This document shows positions 28,176-37,574 of a DNA stretch of 64,000 nt, piece after piece. The DNA is from Alphaproteobacteria bacterium (GTDB lineage: Bacteria > Pseudomonadota > Alphaproteobacteria > Caulobacterales > Maricaulaceae). The first letter of the stretch is position 1. Each line of letters begins with the position of its first letter. The stretch is taken from positions 19,837-83,836 of the forward strand of contig WGNH01000021.1 of the NCBI GenBank assembly GCA_016124665.1. Direction: 5' to 3'. A model generated the notes under the pieces. The model was not told the origin of the DNA. It made no database searches and saw only the letters and a program-made list of their open reading frames with translations. Position numbers and translations under genes: made by a program.

Positions 28176-28680
28176 CTCTCATGCAAAGCGATTCTCTCCG
28201 CCTGCCGGTTTGCGGTGAGGCGAATGAAAAGTTTTTGCAGCTGCGTCTGTAACAATTTTTTGTGAACACGCTCGCCGCCTTGTCTGCAAGGCCCATACAA
28301 GGTGCGTATTTCGTGTTGCGCGGCAAACGCTTGGCAGTAATTCGCCTGTGAAGGGAGAATTCACCATAAAACTGCCATTGCCACCGCATTCGATAGGTGT
28401 CTGTCTATTGATTGACGCGCGTCACTTGGTTAGCGTCGAGATTAAGAAGGCGTAATTCGCCGAACGAGACGGGAGGGCAAACTCCCGCGAAGCGAGGGGA
28501 AGGGTTCTATTTTCGGGGTGCTTCCCAACTTCTATTCGAATCTGCAGGTTCGGGCCGGCGCTTTGCGGCCGTCCGGCCTCAGAACAAGCAGGGGCTTATC
28601 CGGTGCATGGTACCGGACTAGCATAAACAGTCAGTCAGGCGTGGCGGATACAAGCCGCGCTGTTCAACGTGAGGCGAGAC

Positions 28681-29448
28681 ATGGCGAACTTGAATAAATG
28701 GCTTCGCACTTCAGTCGCAGCAGCGGTGTTTTCCGTTGGCGTGGCCGGTATTGCGGACGCGCAATTGCAGACAGCGCTTTCCACAGGCGCGCAATCCACA
28801 CAGGACGGGGCTTCCACTCAATCGCAGATCGATCAGATCGACGATGAACGCACCAATGCGGAGCTGGAATACCGGGCCTTGCTGCAGCAGATCGAAAGCC
28901 AGGAGCTTTACGTCGCTCAGCAGGAAGTTTTCCTCCAGTCGCAGGCCAATGAGCTGGACTCCCTGCAATTGCAGATCGACAGCGTTGGCAATATCCAGCG
29001 CGACCTGATCCCGATGTTGCGCGAAATGGTCGATAATCTCCGCCAGTTCGTGGAGCTCGATCTGCCATTCCAGCAGGATGCCCGTCTCGAGCGCGTCGAC
29101 GATCTCTATGATCTGATCGACGATCCGGAAGTTTCCGCTGCGGAAAAATACCGCGTTATCCTGAACCGCTATGACATCGAGGCCTCCTATGGCCGCGGTC
29201 TCCGCGTATACGAGGACACCACCACGATCGACGGTACAGACGTGACCCAGGCCGTCCTCCAGGTCGGCCGTGTGGCGCTGATCCGCGACACGCAGGGATC
29301 GCTGGACATGCTGTATCGCGGTGCTTCTGACTGGGTTCCGGTCCCCGCGAGCTATAACAATGACGTTCAACGGGCTTTCCGCATCGCACGTGAAGTGACG
29401 ACGCCGGAAGTCTTCACCGTGCCGCTTCCCGGCTCGGAAGATCAATAA
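28681..29448 (+). CDS. DUF3450 domain-containing periplasmic coiled-coil protein (TonB2-type cluster component)
   Basis: Start chosen at MANLNKWLRTSVAAAVFSVGVAGIADAQ (signal peptide). Coiled-coil region. Occupies the usual position as first gene of a DUF3450/ExbB/ExbB/ExbD/ExbD/TonB/TPR cluster. Confidence 0.8.
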   Translation: MANLNKWLRTSVAAAVFSVGVAGIADAQLQTALSTGAQSTQDGASTQSQIDQIDDERTNAELEYRALLQQIESQELYVAQQEVFLQSQANELDSLQLQIDSVGNIQRDLIPMLREMVDNLRQFVELDLPFQQDARLERVDDLYDLIDDPEVSAAEKYRVILNRYDIEASYGRGLRVYEDTTTIDGTDVTQAVLQVGRVALIRDTQGSLDMLYRGASDWVPVPASYNNDVQRAFRIAREVTTPEVFTVPLPGSEDQ

Positions 29449-29472
29449 TACGGCCCTGACGGAGAATTTGTG

Positions 29473-30873
29473 ATGAAATTCAATCTCAAAACACTTGCCG
29501 CAGCGGTCGCATTCGGTGCCGCTTTCGCCGGTGGAGCGATGGCTCAACAACAACCGGTCTCGAGTATCAGCCAATTGCTTGACCGCGTCCGCTCGGATGT
29601 GCGTGAAGCTTCGGCCGAAAACCAGCAACGGCTCAGCGAATTCCGTGCCGAACGGAACCGCCAGACGTCACTGCTCGCCGGTGCCCGCCAGGAACTGGCG
29701 GCGCTGGAAGCACAGGCAGACCGGCTGGAAGCCGAGTTCGAGGCCAATTCGCAACAGATCGACGTGCTGGCCGAGGAATTGCGCCTCGCCCAGGGTGAAT
29801 TCGGTGAGCTCTTCGGCGTTGCACGCCAAAGCGCCGGTGAATTCGGATCGCTGATCCAGGCCTCACTGGTCAGCTCCCAGCATCCGGGCCGTGCCGCGCC
29901 GCTGCTGGACCTGTCCAACAGCCGCGTTCTGCCAACACGGACCGAGCTGGACACGATCTGGCGGTCGATCACTGAGGAAATGATCTACCAGGCTGAAATT
30001 GCATCCTATTCGGCGAATGTGTCCGACCTGGATTGTGACAGCCCGGCTGTGACCCGTGTCGGTGTGTTCGTTTCCTATGCCACCTGTGGCGGAGAAGCCT
30101 ATTTCACGCAGTGGGCGCTTCCGGAAAATGCGAGCGTCGGTGCCAGCTACCGCCTGTCGGCCCTGCCGTCGCAGCCGCCGGCCAATATCCGCGGTGCTGC
30201 CATGGGCCTCTACAATGCCGAGCGTGGCGAGATCACATCCGGTCCGGTCGACCCGTCCCGCGGTGGCCTGCTTCTGGTTTACCGGGACATTCCTGATCTC
30301 GGCGAGCGTATCGAACAGGGCCGCATCGTCGGTAAGATCATCATCGGCCTGCTGGTTGTCAGCGTTGCCTTCGGTCTTTTCCGCCTGCTGATGCTGGTTC
30401 TGGAATCCATGGCCGTTGCCGGTCAGAAGCGCCGCTCGACCCCGTCGAAGGGCAATTCGCTCGGCCGTGTGATGCTGGCCTATGAATCGGTCAAGGATCA
30501 TTCCGAGGAAGTCATCGAGATGAAGCTGGACGAGGCCATTCTCAAGGAAGTGCCGAAGCTGGAATTCGGGCTCAACTTCCTGAAACTGGCAGCCGGTATT
30601 GCACCGCTGCTGGGTCTGCTCGGTACGGTGACCGGCATGATCAAGACCTTCACCCAGATCACGCTTTTCGGTACCGGCGATCCCAAGATCATGGCCGGCG
30701 GTATCTCGGAAGCCCTTGTGACCACGGTGCTCGGCCTTGTTTCTGCCATACCGCTGTTGTTCCTTCACAGCTTCGCAGCGAGCTTCTCTCGCGGCGTGCA
30801 GCAAACGCTGGAAGAGCAGGCGGCAGGCATTGTCGCGCGTCACGCGGAAGAGCGTGCTGGCCGTTCAGCTTAG
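29473..30873 (+). CDS. MotA/TolQ/ExbB proton-channel family protein, long (~465 aa, TtpC-like) form
   Basis: Signal peptide plus a large periplasmic domain. C-terminal channel motif APLLGLLGTVTGMIKTF...GISEALVTTVLGLVSAIPLL. Confidence 0.88.
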   Translation: MKFNLKTLAAAVAFGAAFAGGAMAQQQPVSSISQLLDRVRSDVREASAENQQRLSEFRAERNRQTSLLAGARQELAALEAQADRLEAEFEANSQQIDVLAEELRLAQGEFGELFGVARQSAGEFGSLIQASLVSSQHPGRAAPLLDLSNSRVLPTRTELDTIWRSITEEMIYQAEIASYSANVSDLDCDSPAVTRVGVFVSYATCGGEAYFTQWALPENASVGASYRLSALPSQPPANIRGAAMGLYNAERGEITSGPVDPSRGGLLLVYRDIPDLGERIEQGRIVGKIIIGLLVVSVAFGLFRLLMLVLESMAVAGQKRRSTPSKGNSLGRVMLAYESVKDHSEEVIEMKLDEAILKEVPKLEFGLNFLKLAAGIAPLLGLLGTVTGMIKTFTQITLFGTGDPKIMAGGISEALVTTVLGLVSAIPLLFLHSFAASFSRGVQQTLEEQAAGIVARHAEERAGRSA

Positions 30874-30887
30874 GGGAGGTCCGGAAA

Positions 30888-31409
30888 ATGGATTTCCAAT
30901 CAGCCCTTGGCGGACTGAACGAATTCCTTGATCGCGGCGGGCCTGTGCTCGTCGCCATCATGGCGGTGACGTTCGTGATGTGGGCCTTTATCCTCGAGCG
31001 TTTTGCCTACTTCTTCTTTGCCCAGGCGGGCGATGCGAAGCGGGCACTCCAGGAATGGTCCGCACGGTCCGATCATACATCGTGGACAGCTCACGCGATC
31101 CGCGACCAGTTGATCTCGGAAGCCCGTCAGAAAGCGGAAAATAATGTCGAGCTCGTCAAGACGCTCGTCGCGGTTGCGCCTCTGTTCGGTCTTCTGGGAA
31201 CGGTGACAGGCATGGTTCAGGTGTTTGATGTGATGGCTGTGGCCGGGTCGTCGGACGCAAGGGCAATGTCGGCGGGGGTTTCCCGCGCGACGATCCCGAC
31301 CATGGCCGGCATGGTGGCGGCGCTGTCCGGTCTGATTTTCTCAAATCAGATCGAGCGGCTCGCCAAGCACCGCACGGCTGTTCTCGCCGACAAGCTGGAA
31401 CTGGAGTAG
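30888..31409 (+). CDS. exbB: MotA/TolQ/ExbB proton-channel family protein (short form)
   Basis: APLFGLLGTVTGMVQVF...GVSRATIPTMAGMVAALSGLI. Confidence 0.88.
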   Translation: MDFQSALGGLNEFLDRGGPVLVAIMAVTFVMWAFILERFAYFFFAQAGDAKRALQEWSARSDHTSWTAHAIRDQLISEARQKAENNVELVKTLVAVAPLFGLLGTVTGMVQVFDVMAVAGSSDARAMSAGVSRATIPTMAGMVAALSGLIFSNQIERLAKHRTAVLADKLELE

Positions 31410-31413
31410 CGAT

Positions 31414-31833
31414 ATGCGCAGACGTTCCAACCGAGGAAATGATCAGGCCGAAGTGAACATGACGCCGATGCTCGACATCGTGTTCATCCTGCTCATCTTC
31501 TTCATCGTGACGGCGACCTTCCTGCAGGAGCAGGGGTTCGACATGCGGCCTCCGCCACCGAATGACGAGGCAGAGCCGACAGAGCCCAATCCGGTTATTC
31601 TGGTCCAGGTTGATGCAGAGAACCGGGTATTCGTGAACCAGCGTGCCACCAGTGAAGACCGGGTGCTCGCGGCGGTTCAGCGGATACGGGCCGAAGCCCC
31701 GCAAAGTGCGGTGCTGATCGAGCCGAATGATGAAGCCCTGCATGGCACGATCTCGACGATCTGGGATGACATGCGGTCCAACGGTATTCCTGTGTCGATC
31801 CAGCGCGCGCGCGGCGGCGGCGACGACACCTAG
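31414..31833 (+). CDS. exbD: ExbD/TolR family biopolymer transport protein
   Basis: EVNMTPMLDIVFILLIFFIVTATF. Confidence 0.9.
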   Translation: MRRRSNRGNDQAEVNMTPMLDIVFILLIFFIVTATFLQEQGFDMRPPPPNDEAEPTEPNPVILVQVDAENRVFVNQRATSEDRVLAAVQRIRAEAPQSAVLIEPNDEALHGTISTIWDDMRSNGIPVSIQRARGGGDDT

Positions 31834-31848
31834 CTCGGGGAGAGAGAT

Positions 31849-32253
31849 ATGGCTCGACGTGGGAGCCGGGTACAGACGGATGATGAAGATGTCGAACTGA
31901 ACATGACGCCCATGCTGGACGTCGTGTTCATCCTCCTGATCTTCTTCATTGTGACGGCTGTATTCGTGAAAGAACCGGGCGTGGATGTTTTCCGGCCTGA
32001 CGTGAACCAGAGTGAGCAGATGAAGCCGACCCTTCTGGTCGCGGTAACATCGGCTGACGAAATCTGGATCAACCGGAATGTGTATGAAATTACACAGGTG
32101 CGCGGTGTACTCGAACAGTTGTTGTCCGAGAATCCGCGGGCCGAAGCCATGATCCAGGGCGATGAGGGTGCGCCGATCGGAACCGTTCTGGATATCCAGG
32201 AGATCCTCACCGAGCTGGGTGTTGAGGAAATCAACATCTCGGAAGAAAGCTAG
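31849..32253 (+). CDS. exbD: ExbD/TolR family biopolymer transport protein (second copy)
   Basis: ELNMTPMLDVVFILLIFFIVTAVF. Confidence 0.9.
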   Translation: MARRGSRVQTDDEDVELNMTPMLDVVFILLIFFIVTAVFVKEPGVDVFRPDVNQSEQMKPTLLVAVTSADEIWINRNVYEITQVRGVLEQLLSENPRAEAMIQGDEGAPIGTVLDIQEILTELGVEEINISEES

Positions 32254-32262
32254 GAGCGCCTG

Positions 32263-32880
32263 ATGGGTAGTATTTTCAGACTTGTCATCGGTATTCCGAT
32301 TGCGATCATCGTGACGTTTGCCCTGTTCACGCTGATGCGGACGCTGATCTTTGTTGACGAGGCTCCGCCGGAGGAAGAAGGCGCGGAATACCGCTTCGAT
32401 ATCAATCCGCAGGTCGAACAGGTTGATGCCCGGGCGCGCGACACCTCGATTGACGATGTGCAGCAGGTTGACCCGCCGCCCCCGCCGCCGCAGGTGGAGC
32501 GCCAGGCCGCAGATCTGCCGTCTGAAAGCCTGTCGACCATTGTGGGCAGCATTCCGGAATTCGATGCGCCGGATCTCAATTCCGGCAATGTCAGCTTCAA
32601 TATTTCCGACCGGAACGCCCAGCCACTGGTGCGGATCCCGCCACAATACCCGCCGCGGGCTGCCGAGCGTGGTATCGAAGGCTACTGTCTGATGCAGTTC
32701 AATGTGTCTCCGGACGGAACGCCGATTGATATTGTTGCGCTGGAATGTTCGAGCAGCATGTTTGAACGGAGTTCTGTCCGCGCTGTCGAGCGCTGGCGTT
32801 ACAGCCCGCGTATCGTGGACGGTGTGGCACAGACACGGACCGGTGTTCAGACACGGCTCGATTATCAACTGGACGAGTAG
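32263..32880 (+). CDS. tonB: TonB family energy transducer
   Basis: N-terminal TM segment, proline-rich spacer DPPPPPPQVE, and TonB_C block RIPPQYPPRAAERGIEGYCLMQFNVSPDGTPIDI...AVERWRYSP. Confidence 0.88.
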   Translation: MGSIFRLVIGIPIAIIVTFALFTLMRTLIFVDEAPPEEEGAEYRFDINPQVEQVDARARDTSIDDVQQVDPPPPPPQVERQAADLPSESLSTIVGSIPEFDAPDLNSGNVSFNISDRNAQPLVRIPPQYPPRAAERGIEGYCLMQFNVSPDGTPIDIVALECSSSMFERSSVRAVERWRYSPRIVDGVAQTRTGVQTRLDYQLDE

Positions 32881-32930
32881 AATGGTTTCCGCGTTGCGAC
32901 CGGATACTGAAACAGGAATGCAGAGGAAGC

Positions 32931-34421
32931 GTGATGATTAATCGGATTTCCTTCTTGATTGTGGCTGCCGCATTCGCTTTCGTTGCGGTGGTTCCAAGTG
33001 CCGATGCGCAACGCAGAAGCCGGGATGACGAACAGCAGGGCAGTGCCGAAGACCGCACCATGTCTGCACAAATGGGTGAGCCGATCCTTGCCGCCCAGGA
33101 GTGTATCGACGCCGATAACATGACCTGCGTGATCAACACGCTGACACCGCTTCTCGAGCGTGGACCGAATCCTTACGAGCAATTCGTGATCTACCGGATG
33201 CGCGGCGTGGCGCAATACAATCTGGACCGGACCGATCTCGCCATCCGCGATTTTGAAGCGGCGCTGGCCACCGGCGCGGCGACGCAGGATGAATCGACTT
33301 CGCTGCGGACGAATATCGGTCAGCTCTATATCGTAACCGAACGCTATACAGAGGGCATAAACCAGCTGGAGCGTGCAATTGCGGAAGGGGCGAATCTGAC
33401 GCCCAGCCTGGCGATGCTACTGTCCCAGGCCTATGCCCAGGCCGAGCGATTCCGTGAGGGGCTGCGCTATGCCCAGCACCAGTTCGACAATGCCAGTCCG
33501 CGTGAGCGCCGGAATTTCGATATGCTGCTCCTGTATTTCCAGCAGCTCGAGCGGACCGAGGACCAGCTCCGCCTGATTACGCAAATGGTTGAGCGCTGGC
33601 CGGGGGAACGCAATATCTGGACGTCACTGGTGGCGCTGATGGCGCAGACCAATAACGAATCCGGCGCGTTTGAAGCCAACAAGCTGATGTATCTCAACGG
33701 CATGCTGACTGACGAGCGCGAACTCGTCCGGCTTGCCCAGTATTACAGCTATTTCGAGTATCCCTACCGGGGGGCTGTCATACTGGAGCGCGAAATGAAT
33801 GCCGGCCGGGTCTCACGGTCCCGCGACAATCTGGAAATCCTCGCCAATATGTGGCGCCAGGCCCGCGAGTATGACCGTGCCATTCCGGTTCTGGAGGCCG
33901 TTGCCGAACGGGGCGATGGCGAAGACTATCTGCGTCTCGGCGAAGCCTATTACAACGAAAACCGTCTAGCGGAGGCCGAATCGGCCTTCGAATCGGCCTT
34001 GGCGCGCGGCGGCATCAACCGTCCGGGAGACACCCAGGCACTGCTGGGTACGGTGCGGTATGAGCAGGGCAATCGTCAGAGCGCCTTGCAGGCATTTCGC
34101 GGCTGTACGCAATATTCCTACAGCCGCCGGACCTGTAATGGCTGGGTGACTTTCATCCAGAATGAAATCAATGCCGAATCCGAGCGTGCGCGTCTGCGTA
34201 TCCGGGTCGAGGTTGAAGAATGCCGGATCACGATCAATTCGGAACTCGTCAATGTCACGATTGTGGGTGATGCCCGCAATTTCGATGATGAGGGCCGCGC
34301 CATGGTCGACGTACCAGAGCGCTGCCAGCCTTATTTCAACACCTATGGCGAGCAGATCGGCGGGCCGGGCTATGAACAGGCGGCTGCCGAAACCGAAGAA
34401 AGTGAAACCGAAGCCGGATAA
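32931..34421 (+). CDS. tetratricopeptide-repeat protein (TonB2-cluster-associated)
   Basis: Signal peptide, repeated TPR-like helices, and the usual position after tonB in this cluster type. Confidence 0.8.
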   Translation: MMINRISFLIVAAAFAFVAVVPSADAQRRSRDDEQQGSAEDRTMSAQMGEPILAAQECIDADNMTCVINTLTPLLERGPNPYEQFVIYRMRGVAQYNLDRTDLAIRDFEAALATGAATQDESTSLRTNIGQLYIVTERYTEGINQLERAIAEGANLTPSLAMLLSQAYAQAERFREGLRYAQHQFDNASPRERRNFDMLLLYFQQLERTEDQLRLITQMVERWPGERNIWTSLVALMAQTNNESGAFEANKLMYLNGMLTDERELVRLAQYYSYFEYPYRGAVILEREMNAGRVSRSRDNLEILANMWRQAREYDRAIPVLEAVAERGDGEDYLRLGEAYYNENRLAEAESAFESALARGGINRPGDTQALLGTVRYEQGNRQSALQAFRGCTQYSYSRRTCNGWVTFIQNEINAESERARLRIRVEVEECRITINSELVNVTIVGDARNFDDEGRAMVDVPERCQPYFNTYGEQIGGPGYEQAAAETEESETEAG

Positions 34422-34452
34422 TCTCGATAATCAGGTTTTCGAATTCATCAAA

Positions 34453-34481
34453 CCCCGGTCTCAGGACCGGGGTTTTTCTTT
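34453..34481 (+). terminator. intrinsic terminator after the TPR gene
   Basis: CCCCGGTC-TCAG-GACCGGGG followed by TTTTTCTTT. Confidence 0.75.
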
Positions 34482-34571
34482 GCCTGTATTTCCGGGGTTA
34501 TGCCGCAACTTTGCCGCAATCTTACGAAAAAGTCATGTTTGGGGCAGGGGGCACATCAAGGGGAGTGCCCG

Positions 34572-35183
34572 ATGCAATCAATCCTGAGAACATCACTCAG
34601 CCTGCCAGTGGCGGCCGTGATCACGGCTTTGCTGGCGTTATTCATGGCCTATCTGATCTCGGTGGAAGGCGAGCCGGGACCGGATATCGCCGAGCTGACC
34701 TTCGACCTGTTCCCGCGCGTTGACCCAATCGACCCGGTGCAACCGCCCGTTTTGACGCCGGTGGACACAGTGGCACCGCCACCACCGCCACCGACCATCG
34801 ATGTTCAGACGGCGCAATTGCCGACGGACGATTTCGTGATGATGGCTGGCACCATACCCGGCGTCGAGGTGACGGGTATGGGCGGCGACCTGACCAATTT
34901 CAACATTTCCGACAGGGATGTGCAGCCACTTGTGCGTATCCCGCCAGCCTATCCTGCCCGGGAATCGGAGCGCGGGATCGAGGGCGATTGCGTCTTGCAG
35001 TTTGATGTCACGGTCCAGGGATCGCCGGTCAACATTCAGGTTCTGGAGTGTGCGTCCCCCGGCTTTGCGCGGGAGTCCCTCCGGGCAGTTGAGCGCTGGC
35101 GTTACAATCCGCGCGTCCGCGATGGCGTGCCGCAAATGTATCACGGGGTGCAGACCCGCCTGGAATTCAATCTGAACGACTAG
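34572..35183 (+). CDS. tonB: TonB family energy transducer (second, stand-alone paralog)
   Basis: Start chosen at MQSILRTSLSLPVAAVITALLALFMAYL (AAGGGGA upstream). Contains APPPPPPTID. Its C-terminus RIPPAYPARESERGIEGDCVLQFDVTVQGSPVNI...AVERWRYNP is closely paralogous to the 32263..32880 protein. Confidence 0.85.
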   Translation: MQSILRTSLSLPVAAVITALLALFMAYLISVEGEPGPDIAELTFDLFPRVDPIDPVQPPVLTPVDTVAPPPPPPTIDVQTAQLPTDDFVMMAGTIPGVEVTGMGGDLTNFNISDRDVQPLVRIPPAYPARESERGIEGDCVLQFDVTVQGSPVNIQVLECASPGFARESLRAVERWRYNPRVRDGVPQMYHGVQTRLEFNLND

Positions 35184-35196
35184 GGGACAGCGGATG

Positions 35197-35223
35197 TGGA
35201 CCGGGTGTTTTGCACCCGGTCCA
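35197..35223. terminator. hairpin between convergent genes (possible bidirectional terminator)
   Basis: TGGACCGGGTG-TTTTG-CACCCGGTCCA, an 11-bp perfect stem between the tonB stop (35183) and the peptidase stop (35231). The T-run is only partial. Confidence 0.5.
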
Positions 35224-35230
35224 TACGCTT

Positions 35231-37492
35231 TTACTCTTCTTCGGCTTCCGTGTCGGCAAGGCCCACTGTCATCAGGGCGAAAGCCCAGTTCTCGGCGGTC
35301 TCGCGAAGGCTGTCGAAACGCCCCGAAGCGCCGCCATGGCCGGCACCCATATTGGTGCGCATCAGTGTCAGGCCGTCATCGACACGCGTGGCCCGCAGAC
35401 GCGCCGCCCATTTGGCCGGCTCCCAGTAGGTGACGCGCGGATCGGTCAGGCCGGCCGTGGCCAGGACATGCGGATAATCCATGGCCGCAATGTTATCATA
35501 CGGGCTGTATTCCGCGATGGTGTCATAGGCTTCCGCATCCTCGATCGGATTGCCCCATTCGGGCCATTCCGGCGGGGTGAGCGGCAGAGTGGGATCGGAC
35601 ATGGTGTTGATCACATCCACAAACGGTACGGCGGCAATCGCACCAGCGAACAGGTCCGGTTGCAGATTGATCGCTGCGCCCACCAGCAAACCGCCCGCGG
35701 AGCCGCCATAGGCGACGATATTGCCGCGCGAGGTGAAGCCTTCACGGGCCAGCGCTTCTCCCGCAGAGACGAAGTCGCGGAAAGTGTTCATCTTCAGACC
35801 GAGCTTGCCATCCAGATACCATTCATAGCCACGCGCCTGACCGCCCCGGATATGGGCAATCGCATAGACCATGCCGCGGTCCACAAGGGAGAGGGGTGTG
35901 ACCCGGAAGGCGGCCGGTATGGTGATGCCATAGCTGCCATATCCATAGAGCATCAGCGGGGCGGAGCCGTCGATGGGCGTGTCCCGGTGGTGGAGGATGG
36001 TGACCGGGATCATTTCACCATCATGGGCCGGAGCCATGATGCGCCGCACGACATAATCGTCCGGATCGTGACCGGAAGGGATTTCCTGGCGCTTGCGCAA
36101 GACGCGCTCGCGGGTCGCCATGTTGTAATCGTAGGTTTCTTCAGGGGTCGCCGGGCTTTCATAGCTGAAGCGCATCTCGTCGGTGGCGAATTCATAGCCT
36201 GCATCTATACCCAGCGAGTAAGCTTCTTCCTCGAAAGCAATATTGTGCTCCTCGCCGTTGGCGAGATTGCGGATGACGATGCGGGGCAGGGCGTTTTCCC
36301 GTTCCACCCGGACCATCCAGTCGCGGAATCCCATCAGACCGGTGATCAGCGTGCCGGGACGGTGTGCGACCACCGTCTCCCAGTTTTCACGTTGCGGCGC
36401 GTCCAGGGGCGCGCGCATGATCTGGAAATCGACGGCGCCATCCAGATTGGTCAGGATAAAGAATCCGCTGCCGGTTTCGGTGAGCGAATACTCGACATCC
36501 GTTTCCCGGGCGGCGACCAGCAGGGCCTCCGCTTCCGGATTATCGGCGTCGATCAGGTGAACCTCGCTGGTCGTGTGGCCGGATGTGGAGATGGCGATAT
36601 AGCTGTCGCCTTCTGTGCGTCCGACATTGACGAAGAAGCCGTCATCCGCCTCGTCGAATATCATCGTGCCTTCGGATTCGCTGCGGTCCTGACGCCAGAC
36701 CTGCTTGGAGCGGCCATTGGCATCGCGCCAGACCCAGAACAGGGTCTCGGAATCATTCGCCCAGGTGAAATTCCCGGTGCTCTCATCCGTCAATGTGGCC
36801 ACGTCCTCGCCGGATTCCAGGTCGCGGATGCGGATCTCGTAATATTCGGAACCGCGGGTATCGACGCCATAGGCCAGCCAGCGGTGGTCCGGGCTGTGGT
36901 CGATATTGCCGAAATCGAGATATTCGATGCCGTCGGCCTCTGCATCGCCATCCAGCAGGATCTGCTCCTCTCCGGCTTCACCGGTTTCGGGATCAAGCGG
37001 GCGCCGCGCATAGATTGGATACTGTCCGCCCTCGCGGAAACGGGAATAATATTCAAAATTGCCGTCGCGGTCGGGAACCGAGGAATCGTCTTCCAGAATA
37101 CGGCCACGGATTTCCTGGAATATACGCTCCTGCAAGGCCTCGGTCGGAGTCATGACCGCTTCATAATAGGCATTCTCGGCTTCCAGATGGGCGCGGATAT
37201 CCGGGTTGAGCACGGACGGATCGCGCATCACTTCCTGCCAGTTATCATCACGTAGCCAGGCATATTCGTCGGTCCGGGACCGGCCCAGTTGTTCAATCGT
37301 GACCGGGCGCTGTTCGGCGGCGGGCGGCGTGATCGACTGGGCGCGGGCAATCAAATTCATATTCTGGGTCTCTGTGCTGGTTTCGCTGGCTTGTTCCGGT
37401 TCGGCCGTGTTGCCCGGAGCCGGTTCGCTGCAGGCTGACAAGAGGGCGAGAGCGGCCACGCCGGTGAGGGCGCGAGTGTGAAAGGTTTTCAT
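35231..37492 (-). CDS. S9A family serine peptidase (oligopeptidase B / prolyl oligopeptidase-like), lipoprotein
   Basis: Start chosen at MKTFHTRALTGVAALALLSAC. Catalytic GGSAGGLLVGAA. C-terminal DPRVTYWEPAKW and GAGHGGASGRF. Confidence 0.9.
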   Translation of the reverse strand: MKTFHTRALTGVAALALLSACSEPAPGNTAEPEQASETSTETQNMNLIARAQSITPPAAEQRPVTIEQLGRSRTDEYAWLRDDNWQEVMRDPSVLNPDIRAHLEAENAYYEAVMTPTEALQERIFQEIRGRILEDDSSVPDRDGNFEYYSRFREGGQYPIYARRPLDPETGEAGEEQILLDGDAEADGIEYLDFGNIDHSPDHRWLAYGVDTRGSEYYEIRIRDLESGEDVATLTDESTGNFTWANDSETLFWVWRDANGRSKQVWRQDRSESEGTMIFDEADDGFFVNVGRTEGDSYIAISTSGHTTSEVHLIDADNPEAEALLVAARETDVEYSLTETGSGFFILTNLDGAVDFQIMRAPLDAPQRENWETVVAHRPGTLITGLMGFRDWMVRVERENALPRIVIRNLANGEEHNIAFEEEAYSLGIDAGYEFATDEMRFSYESPATPEETYDYNMATRERVLRKRQEIPSGHDPDDYVVRRIMAPAHDGEMIPVTILHHRDTPIDGSAPLMLYGYGSYGITIPAAFRVTPLSLVDRGMVYAIAHIRGGQARGYEWYLDGKLGLKMNTFRDFVSAGEALAREGFTSRGNIVAYGGSAGGLLVGAAINLQPDLFAGAIAAVPFVDVINTMSDPTLPLTPPEWPEWGNPIEDAEAYDTIAEYSPYDNIAAMDYPHVLATAGLTDPRVTYWEPAKWAARLRATRVDDGLTLMRTNMGAGHGGASGRFDSLRETAENWAFALMTVGLADTEAEEE

Positions 37493-37574
37493 GAGGGTCA
37501 AGACTCCATGCTTTCTGTTTGAACATACTATCGCGCGTGCTGGCACGGCTGACCATGTTGGCTGACAGCTTGGC

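Noticed and set aside
28455-28520. c-di-GMP-I (GEMM-I)-like start GGGCAAAC-stem-GAAG-stem in the TonB-cluster leader
   Set aside because: Only the first hairpin with a GNRA-like loop resembles the motif. The conserved ACGCAAAGC second-helix junction is absent. This is too weak to call without a covariance-model scan.
28412-28621. 69-aa plus-strand ORF, and the minus-strand ORFs at 28111..28389 and 28179..28367, in the tRNA-Gln/TonB intergenic region
   Set aside because: They overlap the tRNA or lie in the GC-poor leader, and they lack ribosome-binding sites and any recognisable domain.
31156-32868. 570-aa minus-strand ORF
   Set aside because: It is antisense to the exbB-exbD-exbD-tonB genes, all of which have diagnostic motifs on the plus strand.
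28100-35183. Possible genomic island integrated at the 3' end of tRNA-Gln
   Set aside because: There is no integrase, no direct repeat of the tRNA 3' end that I could find, and no mobility genes. The TonB-cluster coding regions look native in composition. Only the ~500-bp leader is GC-poorer.
35210-37255. 681-aa plus-strand ORF
   Set aside because: It is antisense to the oligopeptidase B gene, which has clear S9 motifs (GGSAGG). Its composition is Arg/Gly/His/Ala/Ile-rich, typical of open antisense frames in high-GC DNA. No motif or Shine-Dalgarno is recognisable.
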